Source: a virus (taxonomy: Duplodnaviria > Caudoviricetes). From it: 39,127 nt of DNA. The translations under genes were made by a program, and so were the position numbers. Under the pieces are notes generated by a model, which saw only the letters and a list, made by a program, of their open reading frames with translations, was not told the DNA's origin and did no database searches. The stretch spans positions 1 through 39,127 of the IMG/VR virus record IMGVR_UViG_3300027323_000064; one strand, 5' to 3'. Of the stretch, positions 16,586-24,712 are shown piece after piece (positions within the stretch are counted from its first letter, which is position 1; every line of letters starts with the position of its first letter).

Positions 16586-16604
16586 AAAATAAAAACGAAA
16601 GTCA
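16586..16604 (-). promoter_or_regulatory. Late promoter motif (TGACTTTCG TTTTTATT)
   Basis: 39 nt before ATG 16565; TGA is stop of upstream ORF. Confidence 0.8.
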
Positions 16605-16961
16605 GTTTTGCTGCAGTAGATCTGATACTTTCTTCTGACACTCTTTAGAACAGCATATCAAAACGAGTTTATCGTACTTCTTCTTGAAGGAAATAAGTAA
16701 ATCCTGCTTTTGCTGGGGTGTCATAAGAACTTTGTTTGAGCAGAATGGGTTCATACAGGGGACTTCTACCACTTCTTGACTCAATTGCATCTTAACATTA
16801 ACCGCAGCAAGTAAGTTTTTGAGAGAGGCCTCATCAAGCCTTGTCCATTTTTCTCTTCTCTTTTCACCTTCACGATATCTTTTGACAAGATACCATTTTC
16901 CATGTTTCTGTCTTAAATAATTCTCTACGCTTTTTGTCATGGTGGCAACCCTACACTTCAA
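16602..16961 (-). CDS. Basic Zn-finger protein, probable nucleic-acid binder
   Basis: GKWYLVKRYREGEK beta-hairpin; CxxxxC...CCSKEC; start may be 16940. Confidence 0.65.
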   Translation of the reverse strand: MKCRVATMTKSVENYLRQKHGKWYLVKRYREGEKRREKWTRLDEASLKNLLAAVNVKMQLSQEVVEVPCMNPFCSNKVLMTPQQKQDLLISFKKKYDKLVLICCSKECQKKVSDLLQQN

Positions 16962-17226
16962 TTATTTCCAGATTATTCTTATTATACAACCTTAAACTGT
17001 GAGAAAGAGTAGTGGCAATTTCCCTGAGCTTTTTTCTCTCCGAATCAACTAAATTTTGTTTTAAGATTGCAATTTCATTGAGGTATTCGTCAGGATAGAC
17101 TCTCTGCTCAGCATAGTCGATAACAACAGCATGTATGAGAAAGTTGATGCGTTGCTTCTTGCATGTAGCTCTGAGAGAACAGTCCGCCATGCAAAAACCA
17201 TTGTTTTCGCATATATGTATCTGCAT
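16951..17226 (-). CDS. Cys-containing hypothetical protein
   Basis: Start at MQIHIC avoids overlap with upstream gene; C-x5-C-x3-C-x5-C. Confidence 0.55.
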   Translation of the reverse strand: MQIHICENNGFCMADCSLRATCKKQRINFLIHAVVIDYAEQRVYPDEYLNEIAILKQNLVDSERKKLREIATTLSHSLRLYNKNNLEIIEV

Positions 17227-17275
17227 TGAATAATAACTTATTTTAAGATTAATTATGATTTCGATTACAGCAAAA

Positions 17276-17551
17276 TTAAACGACAACGAATCTCTTCTTC
17301 TCGATTGTTGTTTTTGAGCCAAGTACTGCAGTGCACTCTGAGTACCACTCCCCTTGATTGGCTTCTGAAGGTATATCATACTCAGCTCTGTAAACTCCAG
17401 TTGCTTGTTTAGTCATATTCCCATCGTCAACAGTATTCCCTGCAGAATCCACTATTTTGTAAGTAGCAGAATCCGGATCCACAAGATTATCATCTTCATC
17501 GTAAACTCTCATCTCAACGATGTATGTCTCTCCCCTGTCATAATAGTCCAT
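17276..17551 (-). CDS. Ig-like virion protein (BppU N-domain-like)
   Basis: GET......YD....VDP, TGVY.AEY.IP....GEW pattern; GGAGGTGGTGA RBS. Confidence 0.6.
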   Translation of the reverse strand: MDYYDRGETYIVEMRVYDEDDNLVDPDSATYKIVDSAGNTVDDGNMTKQATGVYRAEYDIPSEANQGEWYSECTAVLGSKTTIEKKRFVVV

Positions 17552-18313
17552 CTAATCACCACCTCCCTTATTCTCTAAAATCAGCTTGAGAAAGTGCTTA
17601 TTTACAATAACAAGATTCAGAGGATGCTTATTCTCTAATACTAATCTCAGAATCTTCTCAACAAGCAATTGAGATGTAACTACCTCAATTGAAGTTGCAG
17701 CATCTGAGATTGTCAGTATTTTGTCAACAAGTGTAATATCTTCTGCTGTTAAGCTGTCTGTGACATACAGTATTTTATTTACTCTAACTAAATCACTTAA
17801 TGCTCCAGTCTCTTCTATTTTAAGTTGCTTGTCTGTCTTTATTGAATCCAAACCAATAGCAGAATCTAAAATCTCAACCAGCTTGTACTTCAGAACGTCT
17901 ATTGTCTCCGAGCCAGTAGCTGAGTCTGTGATTATGAACAGCTTGCCTGCTGTTATTGCATCTACACCTGAGGCTGCATCAGATAGCGAGAAAGTCTTAT
18001 CTCTTAAGAGTGAATCAATTCCTATACCGATTTCTGCTAAAACTAAGTTCTTATCAGTCAAAATCTGCTCTAAACTGCTACCAAGCTCGCTTATCTTTAA
18101 TGTCTTGTTGACTTTAGCTATTTCTACCCCTGCTCCTGATTCTGTAATCGGGAATGATTTATCTCTGAGAACTGAGTCTGAAGCTACTCCTGAGTCTGTT
18201 ACTGTTACGTATGTAATTCCAACTGAGAATTCCTGTAGTATCCTTAGCTGACCATAGCTCCAGTAGCTCCCCTTCGTAAATGATTGACCGTATGACCAGA
18301 CTATCGTTGTCAT
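17552..18313 (-). CDS. Repeat-containing fibre/shaft protein
   Basis: About 9 imperfect 19-22 aa repeats of K.h.h.(D/E)S..G.(D/E).h. Confidence 0.7.
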   Translation of the reverse strand: MTTIVWSYGQSFTKGSYWSYGQLRILQEFSVGITYVTVTDSGVASDSVLRDKSFPITESGAGVEIAKVNKTLKISELGSSLEQILTDKNLVLAEIGIGIDSLLRDKTFSLSDAASGVDAITAGKLFIITDSATGSETIDVLKYKLVEILDSAIGLDSIKTDKQLKIEETGALSDLVRVNKILYVTDSLTAEDITLVDKILTISDAATSIEVVTSQLLVEKILRLVLENKHPLNLVIVNKHFLKLILENKGGGD

Positions 18314-19572
18314 GTTATCGAAACTTCACCGTTAAACCAGACTACCTCATCTCCATCTTCGTATTTCTTGAGATAACCTCTCACGTAGATGTCCCCTGCC
18401 TGTGCTGGTGTGAATGTAACTGAAAAGTCTGTCCATGTATCGTTTGCTGTTAAAACCTGAGTTGATTTTGCTGTTGTTGTGTGTGTTCCTGTAGTTTGGT
18501 CATAGTATTCAACCTCAATGTAAAGCTCATCGGCAGTTGGAAAAGAAGCCCATCCAGAACCCCTAACTGCTACTGTAACAGTATGTTGTGCTGCTGTAAC
18601 GTCTGTGATTTTCCATTCAAAAACCTCAATATACGTAACATCATTAACATAGGAGTTGGGTGTAACTCTCATTGAGCTATCTGCATTACCTGTTTTGATG
18701 GTTGTGTCTTTCTCGATTTCTCCGTGTGGCATTAGAACTTTATGATTACCAGTCGTACCATTGTAATCTTCAAAACCAAGTTTAGTATATTTCGACATTG
18801 GATTACTGAAATTAATCGTACTAATATCAAGACTACAATCTTTAGCTTTTAAATCAACAAAATATAATAGGTTGAGGTCTCTTGTAACATTATTATTAAA
18901 ACTACATCCATATAATTCAACAACAGCATGAGATATAAGCATACCAGAATAACTTGTAGGAGCATTATCAAATTTACAATTTATGAACTTCGTATAACCC
19001 CTATTGATATTAACAGAATCTCTTGCCATGCCTCCATTAGTTCCAAATTCACAATTAATAGCCTGAACATTACATTGATAGCCAATACTTAATGCATTTC
19101 TGGCTTTAGTTGTCCCAGTATGATATGAATTAATATTCTCAAACAAACAGTCAGCAGATTGAACACCTGTGCCTATCTGAGCACCAGCTGTATTACCACT
19201 ATTCTTTACATCAAAATCTTTGAAATGCCAATAAAAATCTCCACTTAAAGCGAAATAATATGCGCTCTCATTAAAATCAATTATTGGTTTATTCCCAGTA
19301 TCATATGCACTCTGCCAGCTATTTGATGTGTCATCGTTATCCTCGTCAGGATCCCATCCTCTCAAAGTTATAGGATTTCCAAAACTCCCATCACTCAAAA
19401 AATAAATATTCGATGTATCTTGTACCCATGTTGTATTCCATTTAAGAACTCCTACATCACCCGGACTCCTCGCTTCATTTGTAAACTTGTTTATCGTTTT
19501 CCACGGAGAATCGGGAGATGTTCCGGTGTTTGAATCATCTCCATTTGTGTAATCAATGTAGTATTTTGTCAT
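18310..19572 (-). CDS. Pectin lyase-like beta-helix virion protein with C-terminal carbohydrate-binding-like domain
   Basis: YYID...GDDSNTGTSPDSPWKTI cap, GNPITL, Asn/Cys-rich repeats. Confidence 0.75.
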   Translation of the reverse strand: MTKYYIDYTNGDDSNTGTSPDSPWKTINKFTNEARSPGDVGVLKWNTTWVQDTSNIYFLSDGSFGNPITLRGWDPDEDNDDTSNSWQSAYDTGNKPIIDFNESAYYFALSGDFYWHFKDFDVKNSGNTAGAQIGTGVQSADCLFENINSYHTGTTKARNALSIGYQCNVQAINCEFGTNGGMARDSVNINRGYTKFINCKFDNAPTSYSGMLISHAVVELYGCSFNNNVTRDLNLLYFVDLKAKDCSLDISTINFSNPMSKYTKLGFEDYNGTTGNHKVLMPHGEIEKDTTIKTGNADSSMRVTPNSYVNDVTYIEVFEWKITDVTAAQHTVTVAVRGSGWASFPTADELYIEVEYYDQTTGTHTTTAKSTQVLTANDTWTDFSVTFTPAQAGDIYVRGYLKKYEDGDEVVWFNGEVSIT

Positions 19573-19898
19573 AGTCCGTATTTAGTCTTTAATTTACTCA
19601 CAAATTCATCTCTTACTGCTTTTATCTTCGTTTGTTTGTTTTGTAATGATGTTTCATCGTCTTTGTGGATCATACCATCCTTGAGCATATTTGAGATTCT
19701 CTTGTATTTTCTTGTTAGCCACTCACCCTTTCCCATCAATTCCTCCAAATCATTATACAACTCTACCATTTCTCCTACATCACTCGTCTTTCTTATCCTT
19801 CCCAATATTTCCTTCGCTACCGATTCTACCTCTGAATCCTCGAATGCTTCTTCTCCTGTAAGAATCCGCTTCCATTCAGGGATTATCATAACAATCAA
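19569..19898 (-). CDS. Hypothetical helical protein
   Basis: ORF track; ATGA coupling to next gene; probable start MIIPEW. Confidence 0.65.
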   Translation of the reverse strand: MIVMIIPEWKRILTGEEAFEDSEVESVAKEILGRIRKTSDVGEMVELYNDLEELMGKGEWLTRKYKRISNMLKDGMIHKDDETSLQNKQTKIKAVRDEFVSKLKTKYGL

Positions 19899-19902
19899 AA
19901 AA

Positions 19903-20691
19903 TTAGCTCAGAGTTATCTCAAGAGTTACAGTCCAAGTCTCCCCGCTTGCCTTGGTTCCCTTGCTGACTACTTTTCTGTTCAGATTTATTGCTGAAGCTG
20001 AATGCTTAACTGTAAACTCTTCCCATGCGAAATTTCCCGTGTTTCCGTCAAACGTTGATCTGAAGCTCACGGTCTGCCCGCTCACAGAAGGATATCCGCT
20101 GTCCATTCCCACATAAGCAGTGTTTGTTCCTACCAAGTCCGTCTGTGTAGCATCTTCTGCTGTTGTGCCATCTCCAACACCTATCTGGGCGTTTGTGCTG
20201 TCGAAAACGTTGAGCCAGCTATAATCTGCTGTGATGCTCGCTCCTGATGTTGGGGCTGCTGCGAATGTGACGCTTATCTCTCCTGTCACATAGTTTATCG
20301 TACCTGAACCGCCTGCTGAGCCTGTAAGCGTTCCATCTCCGTTGTCTGTGAATGTTTCTGTACCATCCGTTACCGAAACTGAACCGGGTTTAACGGGTGT
20401 ATTTGCAAGCGTGGCTGAGAACGTTGTAGCAGTTCCGTCGCCTGTGCCGATAGATTCGCCTGAAACTGCCCTATAACTGCCAATTACAAGATTCCAAATT
20501 TCTGTTATCCCTTCGTTTAATAGAATATTTCCCTTCTCTATGTCTATTTCTCTAAGTGCATGCGGATTCTCTCTTAGTACTTCTTCAATGCTTGCTCCTG
20601 CCTTCAGTTTCTCAGCTATTTTACCGTCGGGATCTCTGAATTTGTAAATACTCCATACTGTATCGTGTTTCAAAACTTCATTTAACTGCAT
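19903..20691 (-). CDS. Fibre-attachment-like virion protein with inserted Gly/Thr-rich beta domain
   Basis: N.L.NEG...IGVG.G.TA..A.QT.L...NFAW.E..LNRKV framework; start moved to 20691 by promoter spacing. Confidence 0.7.
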   Translation of the reverse strand: MQLNEVLKHDTVWSIYKFRDPDGKIAEKLKAGASIEEVLRENPHALREIDIEKGNILLNEGITEIWNLVIGSYRAVSGESIGTGDGTATTFSATLANTPVKPGSVSVTDGTETFTDNGDGTLTGSAGGSGTINYVTGEISVTFAAAPTSGASITADYSWLNVFDSTNAQIGVGDGTTAEDATQTDLVGTNTAYVGMDSGYPSVSGQTVSFRSTFDGNTGNFAWEEFTVKHSASAINLNRKVVSKGTKASGETWTVTLEITLS

Positions 20692-20711
20692 GAAGTAGTT
20701 AGCCTTCAAGG

Positions 20712-20730
20712 AAAATATAAAGAAAAGTCA
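20712..20730 (-). promoter_or_regulatory. Late promoter motif (TGACTTTTC TTTATATT)
   Basis: 39 nt before ATG 20691; TGA is stop of upstream ORF. Confidence 0.8.
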
Positions 20731-21096
20731 GCCCTTACGCTTTAGCAGAAACACCCTTCTTGTTATCTGATGTTTTGAGAGGAAGTTGTAATTTCTCTCC
20801 TGCTCTTTGACGATCCATTCCGTTACCGAGTTGTCAGGCTCCGTGATCCTGACTATATCTCCGGGCTTGATATCCGCATCCGTGTACAGACGTCGATCAC
20901 CTATTGAGTATTCGCCTTCAGGGAGCTGTTGCAGTAACTTGGCAGTGATGTCTTGTATATGCCCCTTGATCTCTGTAACTGTTTCGGATCCGGGGATATA
21001 TTCACCGGTTGACTGGTTAGTATAACCCTCTGCAATTTTAACGAGCTGAATCGTATAGGGATAATCAAAATCAGTAATTGTCATAAACTGCTTCAA
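20728..21096 (-). CDS. Head closure protein (SPP1 gp16-like)
   Basis: I.G.IQ....LQ.LPEG....GDRRLYT motif; follows adaptor; probable start MTITDF. Confidence 0.75.
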   Translation of the reverse strand: MKQFMTITDFDYPYTIQLVKIAEGYTNQSTGEYIPGSETVTEIKGHIQDITAKLLQQLPEGEYSIGDRRLYTDADIKPGDIVRITEPDNSVTEWIVKEQERNYNFLSKHQITRRVFLLKRKG

Positions 21097-21427
21097 GTGG
21101 GTCTTGTAATCTTGTTCTTATTTCTTCAAGCTCAGTCTTCCACTTCTCCACCTGATTCTGCAGGTCAACGTAGTCAATGCTTACATCTCCCTCTCTGATT
21201 GACTTGACCGCTCTGTTCTTAATCCTACCAAGAAAAGAATTTACCAGATAAATTGAAGCTAAAAGCTTGTGTGCTCTTTTGCCTGAAGTTGAATCAACAC
21301 TTATCCCATCTCTTTGTAGAAGATCTGAAGCTTCATCGAGGGCATCTTGAATCATTGGGTCCTCAAATAAATAAGGTGTCTCAGTGTCTCCAATCTGTAA
21401 CCTGACATCGCTAATAGTTGCAGCCAT
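21071..21427 (-). CDS. Head-tail adaptor (SPP1 gp15-like)
   Basis: VRL.IGDT....F.D..I, S..EGDVSI.Y motifs. Confidence 0.75.
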   Translation of the reverse strand: MAATISDVRLQIGDTETPYLFEDPMIQDALDEASDLLQRDGISVDSTSGKRAHKLLASIYLVNSFLGRIKNRAVKSIREGDVSIDYVDLQNQVEKWKTELEEIRTRLQDPLEAVYDNY

Positions 21428-21481
21428 GTGCCCTCTCAGCCTATATTTTCCATCTCCTTAGGAAAATATCGTGATTCGTGA

Positions 21482-21688
21482 TTACTCCTTAACTTCTTCT
21501 GATTTAACAGGAGCAAGATCAATGAGCACGAGGTTACCAGACTTCAGAGCATGCCTAACAGCAGGGCTCTGGTCTTTTTCATTGACTGGAATCTCCACAA
21601 CATCTCCTCTCTTTGCAACGAAATCCCTAGTTTCAATAACTGTTGCTCTTACTTCAGCTTTTACGGTTTTTTTAGGCATAGATATCAC
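21482..21688 (-). CDS. Small protein downstream of capsid gene
   Basis: GAGGTGA RBS before MPKK; typical position. Confidence 0.65.
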   Translation of the reverse strand: MISMPKKTVKAEVRATVIETRDFVAKRGDVVEIPVNEKDQSPAVRHALKSGNLVLIDLAPVKSEEVKE

Positions 21689-21701
21689 CTCAAAAAATTA
21701 A

Positions 21702-22598
21702 TTAGGCTTTGAGTCCATTGATTACGCAGATTAACTCCGGTGAATCAATGACTGGCTCAGCCATTGCGAATACGAAATATCTGTAGTCAAGCAATGGATT
21801 GCCCAAGTTATCTCCCTTAACTGGAACAGTTGTCAGTGGGATTGATTCAGCAGGATATCCCACATCTCCTCTTCTGAGAACAACCACCTGACCATCATCG
21901 TTCGGATCAACTGCGTTGTCTTTTGTTATCCTCAATCCTGCAAGTGCTGGAAGTCTTCCTGTTTCTACGACCTGTGACTGCAGATAGTTGTTATTTCTGA
22001 CAACATCGAATTTCAATAGTCTCTCATACATAGCTGAGCTCATGATCACATCTGTTGCTTCCAAACCATCAGTTGCATCATAGATTAATTTCTTAGCATG
22101 CTCTAAATCACTAATTGGATCTCCTGTTGTAGTATCGGTCCAGTTTGTACCATCGAATGTGTTTATACCGGAAGCATTCAAGATTTCATAGAAGATCAGA
22201 TCATCTTCGAACCTTCTCATCCTGTAAACAGCTCTGTTAATCTTCCTGCCTACAGTTTGTATTCTTGCCCACCTGCGCTCCATCAGTGTAACATCAAAGT
22301 AAGCACCGTATGGCCTGACTGGCTTGGCCTTCTTTGCCCACTTGAAGTCAATTTCCGGAAAACCGCCTTCCTCAGTTATCCAGTCGACGTTGCCGACTAT
22401 GTCCTGTTCTTCTATCCAAGAAACACTATCTCCCTGAATTGGCTGTGGAGTTCCAAGTAGCTGTCTGCCAATCAGTGTTTTCTCATAGACCTGCTTGACT
22501 CTTGCCACAATCACTTCAGGTTGTAAAGCTGGATGATCCATATATCCGAGCTCAATTGTAGAGTAGGGGCTTGGATTTACATTAGACACTTTCACCAC
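21702..22598 (-). CDS. Major capsid protein (HK97 fold)
   Basis: EEG.FP, YG....T, W......DPI.DL, G.L..LAGL, EP.I..PE.IC.I.GL pattern; position after decoration gene. Confidence 0.88.
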   Translation of the reverse strand: MVKVSNVNPSPYSTIELGYMDHPALQPEVIVARVKQVYEKTLIGRQLLGTPQPIQGDSVSWIEEQDIVGNVDWITEEGGFPEIDFKWAKKAKPVRPYGAYFDVTLMERRWARIQTVGRKINRAVYRMRRFEDDLIFYEILNASGINTFDGTNWTDTTTGDPISDLEHAKKLIYDATDGLEATDVIMSSAMYERLLKFDVVRNNNYLQSQVVETGRLPALAGLRITKDNAVDPNDDGQVVVLRRGDVGYPAESIPLTTVPVKGDNLGNPLLDYRYFVFAMAEPVIDSPELICVINGLKA

Positions 22599-22599
22599 C

Positions 22600-23067
22600 T
22601 CACACCAGTATTAGAACCTCTTCTCCGTCAGCTCCACCCTTCCAGCAAAGTCCAAAGAAGTCCCTTGCATCCCATGCAATTGTGTATGTTGCAGTTCCGC
22701 CTTCATCAACATCCTGGCTTAATGGGTCGAGTTTCACAGCTTTGTTGCCTGTGATTTTAACCATATCTCCCGCAGAGATTGTTCCATTCGCAGTTGCCTT
22801 AATACAAGCTTTGAACCTCGTCAATACTGCAACTCTGTGCCTGCTATCAAGCCCGTCTGGGGCCTGATTCTCGTGGATTGATGTCTGTAATACACCAATT
22901 CCACTCCCAGTCGATGATATCTTTACTGTCTCATCGCCAGCAATCTCAACAAAGTCCCCTTGTCTGTAGTAGTAGCCCTCCGAATCCTTGGTTTGATTTG
23001 TGTCAACTTTAGCAGGTAGGGGCTGCTTCGTTAAATCGTAAACAACAGGGCTTGTTGGCTCAGCCAT
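22600..23067 (-). CDS. Capsid decoration/cement protein
   Basis: GD.V.I, A.G.I.AGD.V, GA.GE.V.ILV motifs; between scaffold and MCP. Confidence 0.75.
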   Translation of the reverse strand: MAEPTSPVVYDLTKQPLPAKVDTNQTKDSEGYYYRQGDFVEIAGDETVKISSTGSGIGVLQTSIHENQAPDGLDSRHRVAVLTRFKACIKATANGTISAGDMVKITGNKAVKLDPLSQDVDEGGTATYTIAWDARDFFGLCWKGGADGEEVLILV

Positions 23068-23068
23068 A

Positions 23069-23410
23069 TCAGTTCACCTCCTCCTCTACAGGACCAAAAT
23101 ACTTCTTGGCGAGCTCAAACGGATCTTCGTCTGTGCTACCACTGAGGCTCTTCTCTGTCGTTTTAGTACCTCTTCTCTCCAAATCAGCTTTGTACTTCTC
23201 GAGCTGCTCTTTGCTTAATGATCTCAGAAACTCTTTGTCAACTTCATTGTCCAAAGCAAGAATTTCAGCCATGAGCGTCACTTTCTCATCAGCTTCATTG
23301 AGCTTTGCATCAGCTTCATTGAGTTTGGAATTAGCTTCACTGAGTTTTGCTGTCAGGTCTTTAACCTGCTCTTCCAGTTTGGTTATTTTTTCCTGAAGTT
23401 CTACCTCCAT
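23069..23410 (-). CDS. Nested in-frame scaffold protein (MEVELQEK..., 113 aa)
   Basis: Internal late-promoter motif 40 nt upstream of in-frame ATG. Confidence 0.72.
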   Translation of the reverse strand: MEVELQEKITKLEEQVKDLTAKLSEANSKLNEADAKLNEADEKVTLMAEILALDNEVDKEFLRSLSKEQLEKYKADLERRGTKTTEKSLSGSTDEDPFELAKKYFGPVEEEVN

Positions 23411-24403
23411 GCTTGAATCTGTTTTCTCGTCAATATTTAAAGCAAAGTCAGAAAGAAGTTCAAGAGCTTCTTCAAGAGCCTCAAAGTTTGGTGGAGTTTT
23501 ATCAAATTCTTTGTAGTGTGCTGCTAGGTGACTGTACACTTTTCTTTTATCTGCAGAAGGAATCTGCACACCACCTATTGCTCCCATTAAAGCAGCCATC
23601 GCAGCTCTTACACCATTCCACACAACTGCTCCATCTGAAGGCCTGTGATGTGGTAGCTTGAGATCTGAGAATGTGTTAGGTGGCATCTTTGGTGACCATG
23701 CAAAGTGAGAAGCAATCTTTCTCTTTTCTTGATCGCTGAGTTCATCCCACGATTTGTCTGTGAAGTCTTCCAGATTGGGTTTGCTCCAGGGTGTGTTCAT
23801 CTCAGCTTTCTTATATCCAGACGGGTTGTTTGGGACAGCACCCAAATCAACAAGTTCATCAGTTTTAGACATATTCACCCCCTCATCTTTTAATTCTCCA
23901 ATAATGCGAGCGTTACTGTCTGCGGGTTCCAAAACAGGAGCAATATGAATTAGCTTTAGATCTGTTATCGAATTATCATCTCTAAGCTGTCCTCTAACCC
24001 TGACACTGAAGTAGGTGTTCTCCGGATCCCGTTTTACTCTTTCAGCAATTTCCTTGAGCATTGATGTAAATTGCCAGAATTCTACATCAGCTATTGCTGC
24101 CTTCCTCTCTTCATCGTAGAATAGATTGAATGTTGAGCCAACTTTGTCGATGAACCTGTAAGAATGATCCAGTACAAGTGGAACCGCAAAGTAAGCTCTG
24201 TTCTCTTCTTCTTTCAGCCTTATTGCATCTTCTACCATTAGCCTGATTTCATCTCCGCTGAAATTGATGCCATTATGTCTGCCCTCGCTTACCGCTATTA
24301 TTCTTCTTCTCAGTGGTTTATCTTCTGTTTCGCTAAAATCAAAGACATCGGGTATTATTGCATCCTTAGCGGATACTGTTAAATCGACTGTTACTTCTTG
24401 CAT
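23069..24403 (-). CDS. Prohead protease / middle domain / scaffold polyprotein
   Basis: PLVLDHS, FSVR, IAPV..PAD protease motifs; LKLPHH..VVW.GV.AAMAAL.GA.GGV domain; coiled-coil C-terminus; start moved to 24403. Confidence 0.82.
   Translation of the reverse strand: MQEVTVDLTVSAKDAIIPDVFDFSETEDKPLRRRIIAVSEGRHNGINFSGDEIRLMVEDAIRLKEEENRAYFAVPLVLDHSYRFIDKVGSTFNLFYDEERKAAIADVEFWQFTSMLKEIAERVKRDPENTYFSVRVRGQLRDDNSITDLKLIHIAPVLEPADSNARIIGELKDEGVNMSKTDELVDLGAVPNNPSGYKKAEMNTPWSKPNLEDFTDKSWDELSDQEKRKIASHFAWSPKMPPNTFSDLKLPHHRPSDGAVVWNGVRAAMAALMGAIGGVQIPSADKRKVYSHLAAHYKEFDKTPPNFEALEEALELLSDFALNIDEKTDSSMEVELQEKITKLEEQVKDLTAKLSEANSKLNEADAKLNEADEKVTLMAEILALDNEVDKEFLRSLSKEQLEKYKADLERRGTKTTEKSLSGSTDEDPFELAKKYFGPVEEEVN
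23432..23450 (-). promoter_or_regulatory. Intragenic late promoter (TGACTTTGC TTTAAATA)
   Basis: 19-nt identity to 11409-11427; 40 nt before ATG 23410. Confidence 0.75.
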
Positions 24404-24423
24404 GAAAGAGTTAGTTTTCAAGG

Positions 24424-24442
24424 AAAATATAAAGAAAAGTCA
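24424..24442 (-). promoter_or_regulatory. Late promoter motif (TGACTTTTC TTTATATT)
   Basis: 39 nt before ATG 24403; TGA is stop of upstream ORF. Confidence 0.8.
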
Positions 24443-24712
24443 GGAAACGTGGAACGCTATAATCCCGTCTTTTGTGTGGTAGTATGCAGGGAGGTAGTGT
24501 TCATCATCGTTGAGATGAACTCTTTTGACAATGTCATCCGGAACTTCGATGGAAAATCTACCATCACTTTTTACAACTTTAATTTTGAATGTACCATCAC
24601 TCATCTTCCCAAAAACTATCGCAATACCATCCTCTACCTTAGCGTTGTATTCAGCCTCTTCAAGAGGCAATCCAGCCTCATGCAAATCTTCTTCGAGGAT
24701 GTATAGTCTCAT
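24440..24712 (-). CDS. Acidic 90-aa protein, candidate immunity partner
   Basis: ATGA overlap with MuF gene stop. Confidence 0.65.
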   Translation of the reverse strand: MRLYILEEDLHEAGLPLEEAEYNAKVEDGIAIVFGKMSDGTFKIKVVKSDGRFSIEVPDDIVKRVHLNDDEHYLPAYYHTKDGIIAFHVS

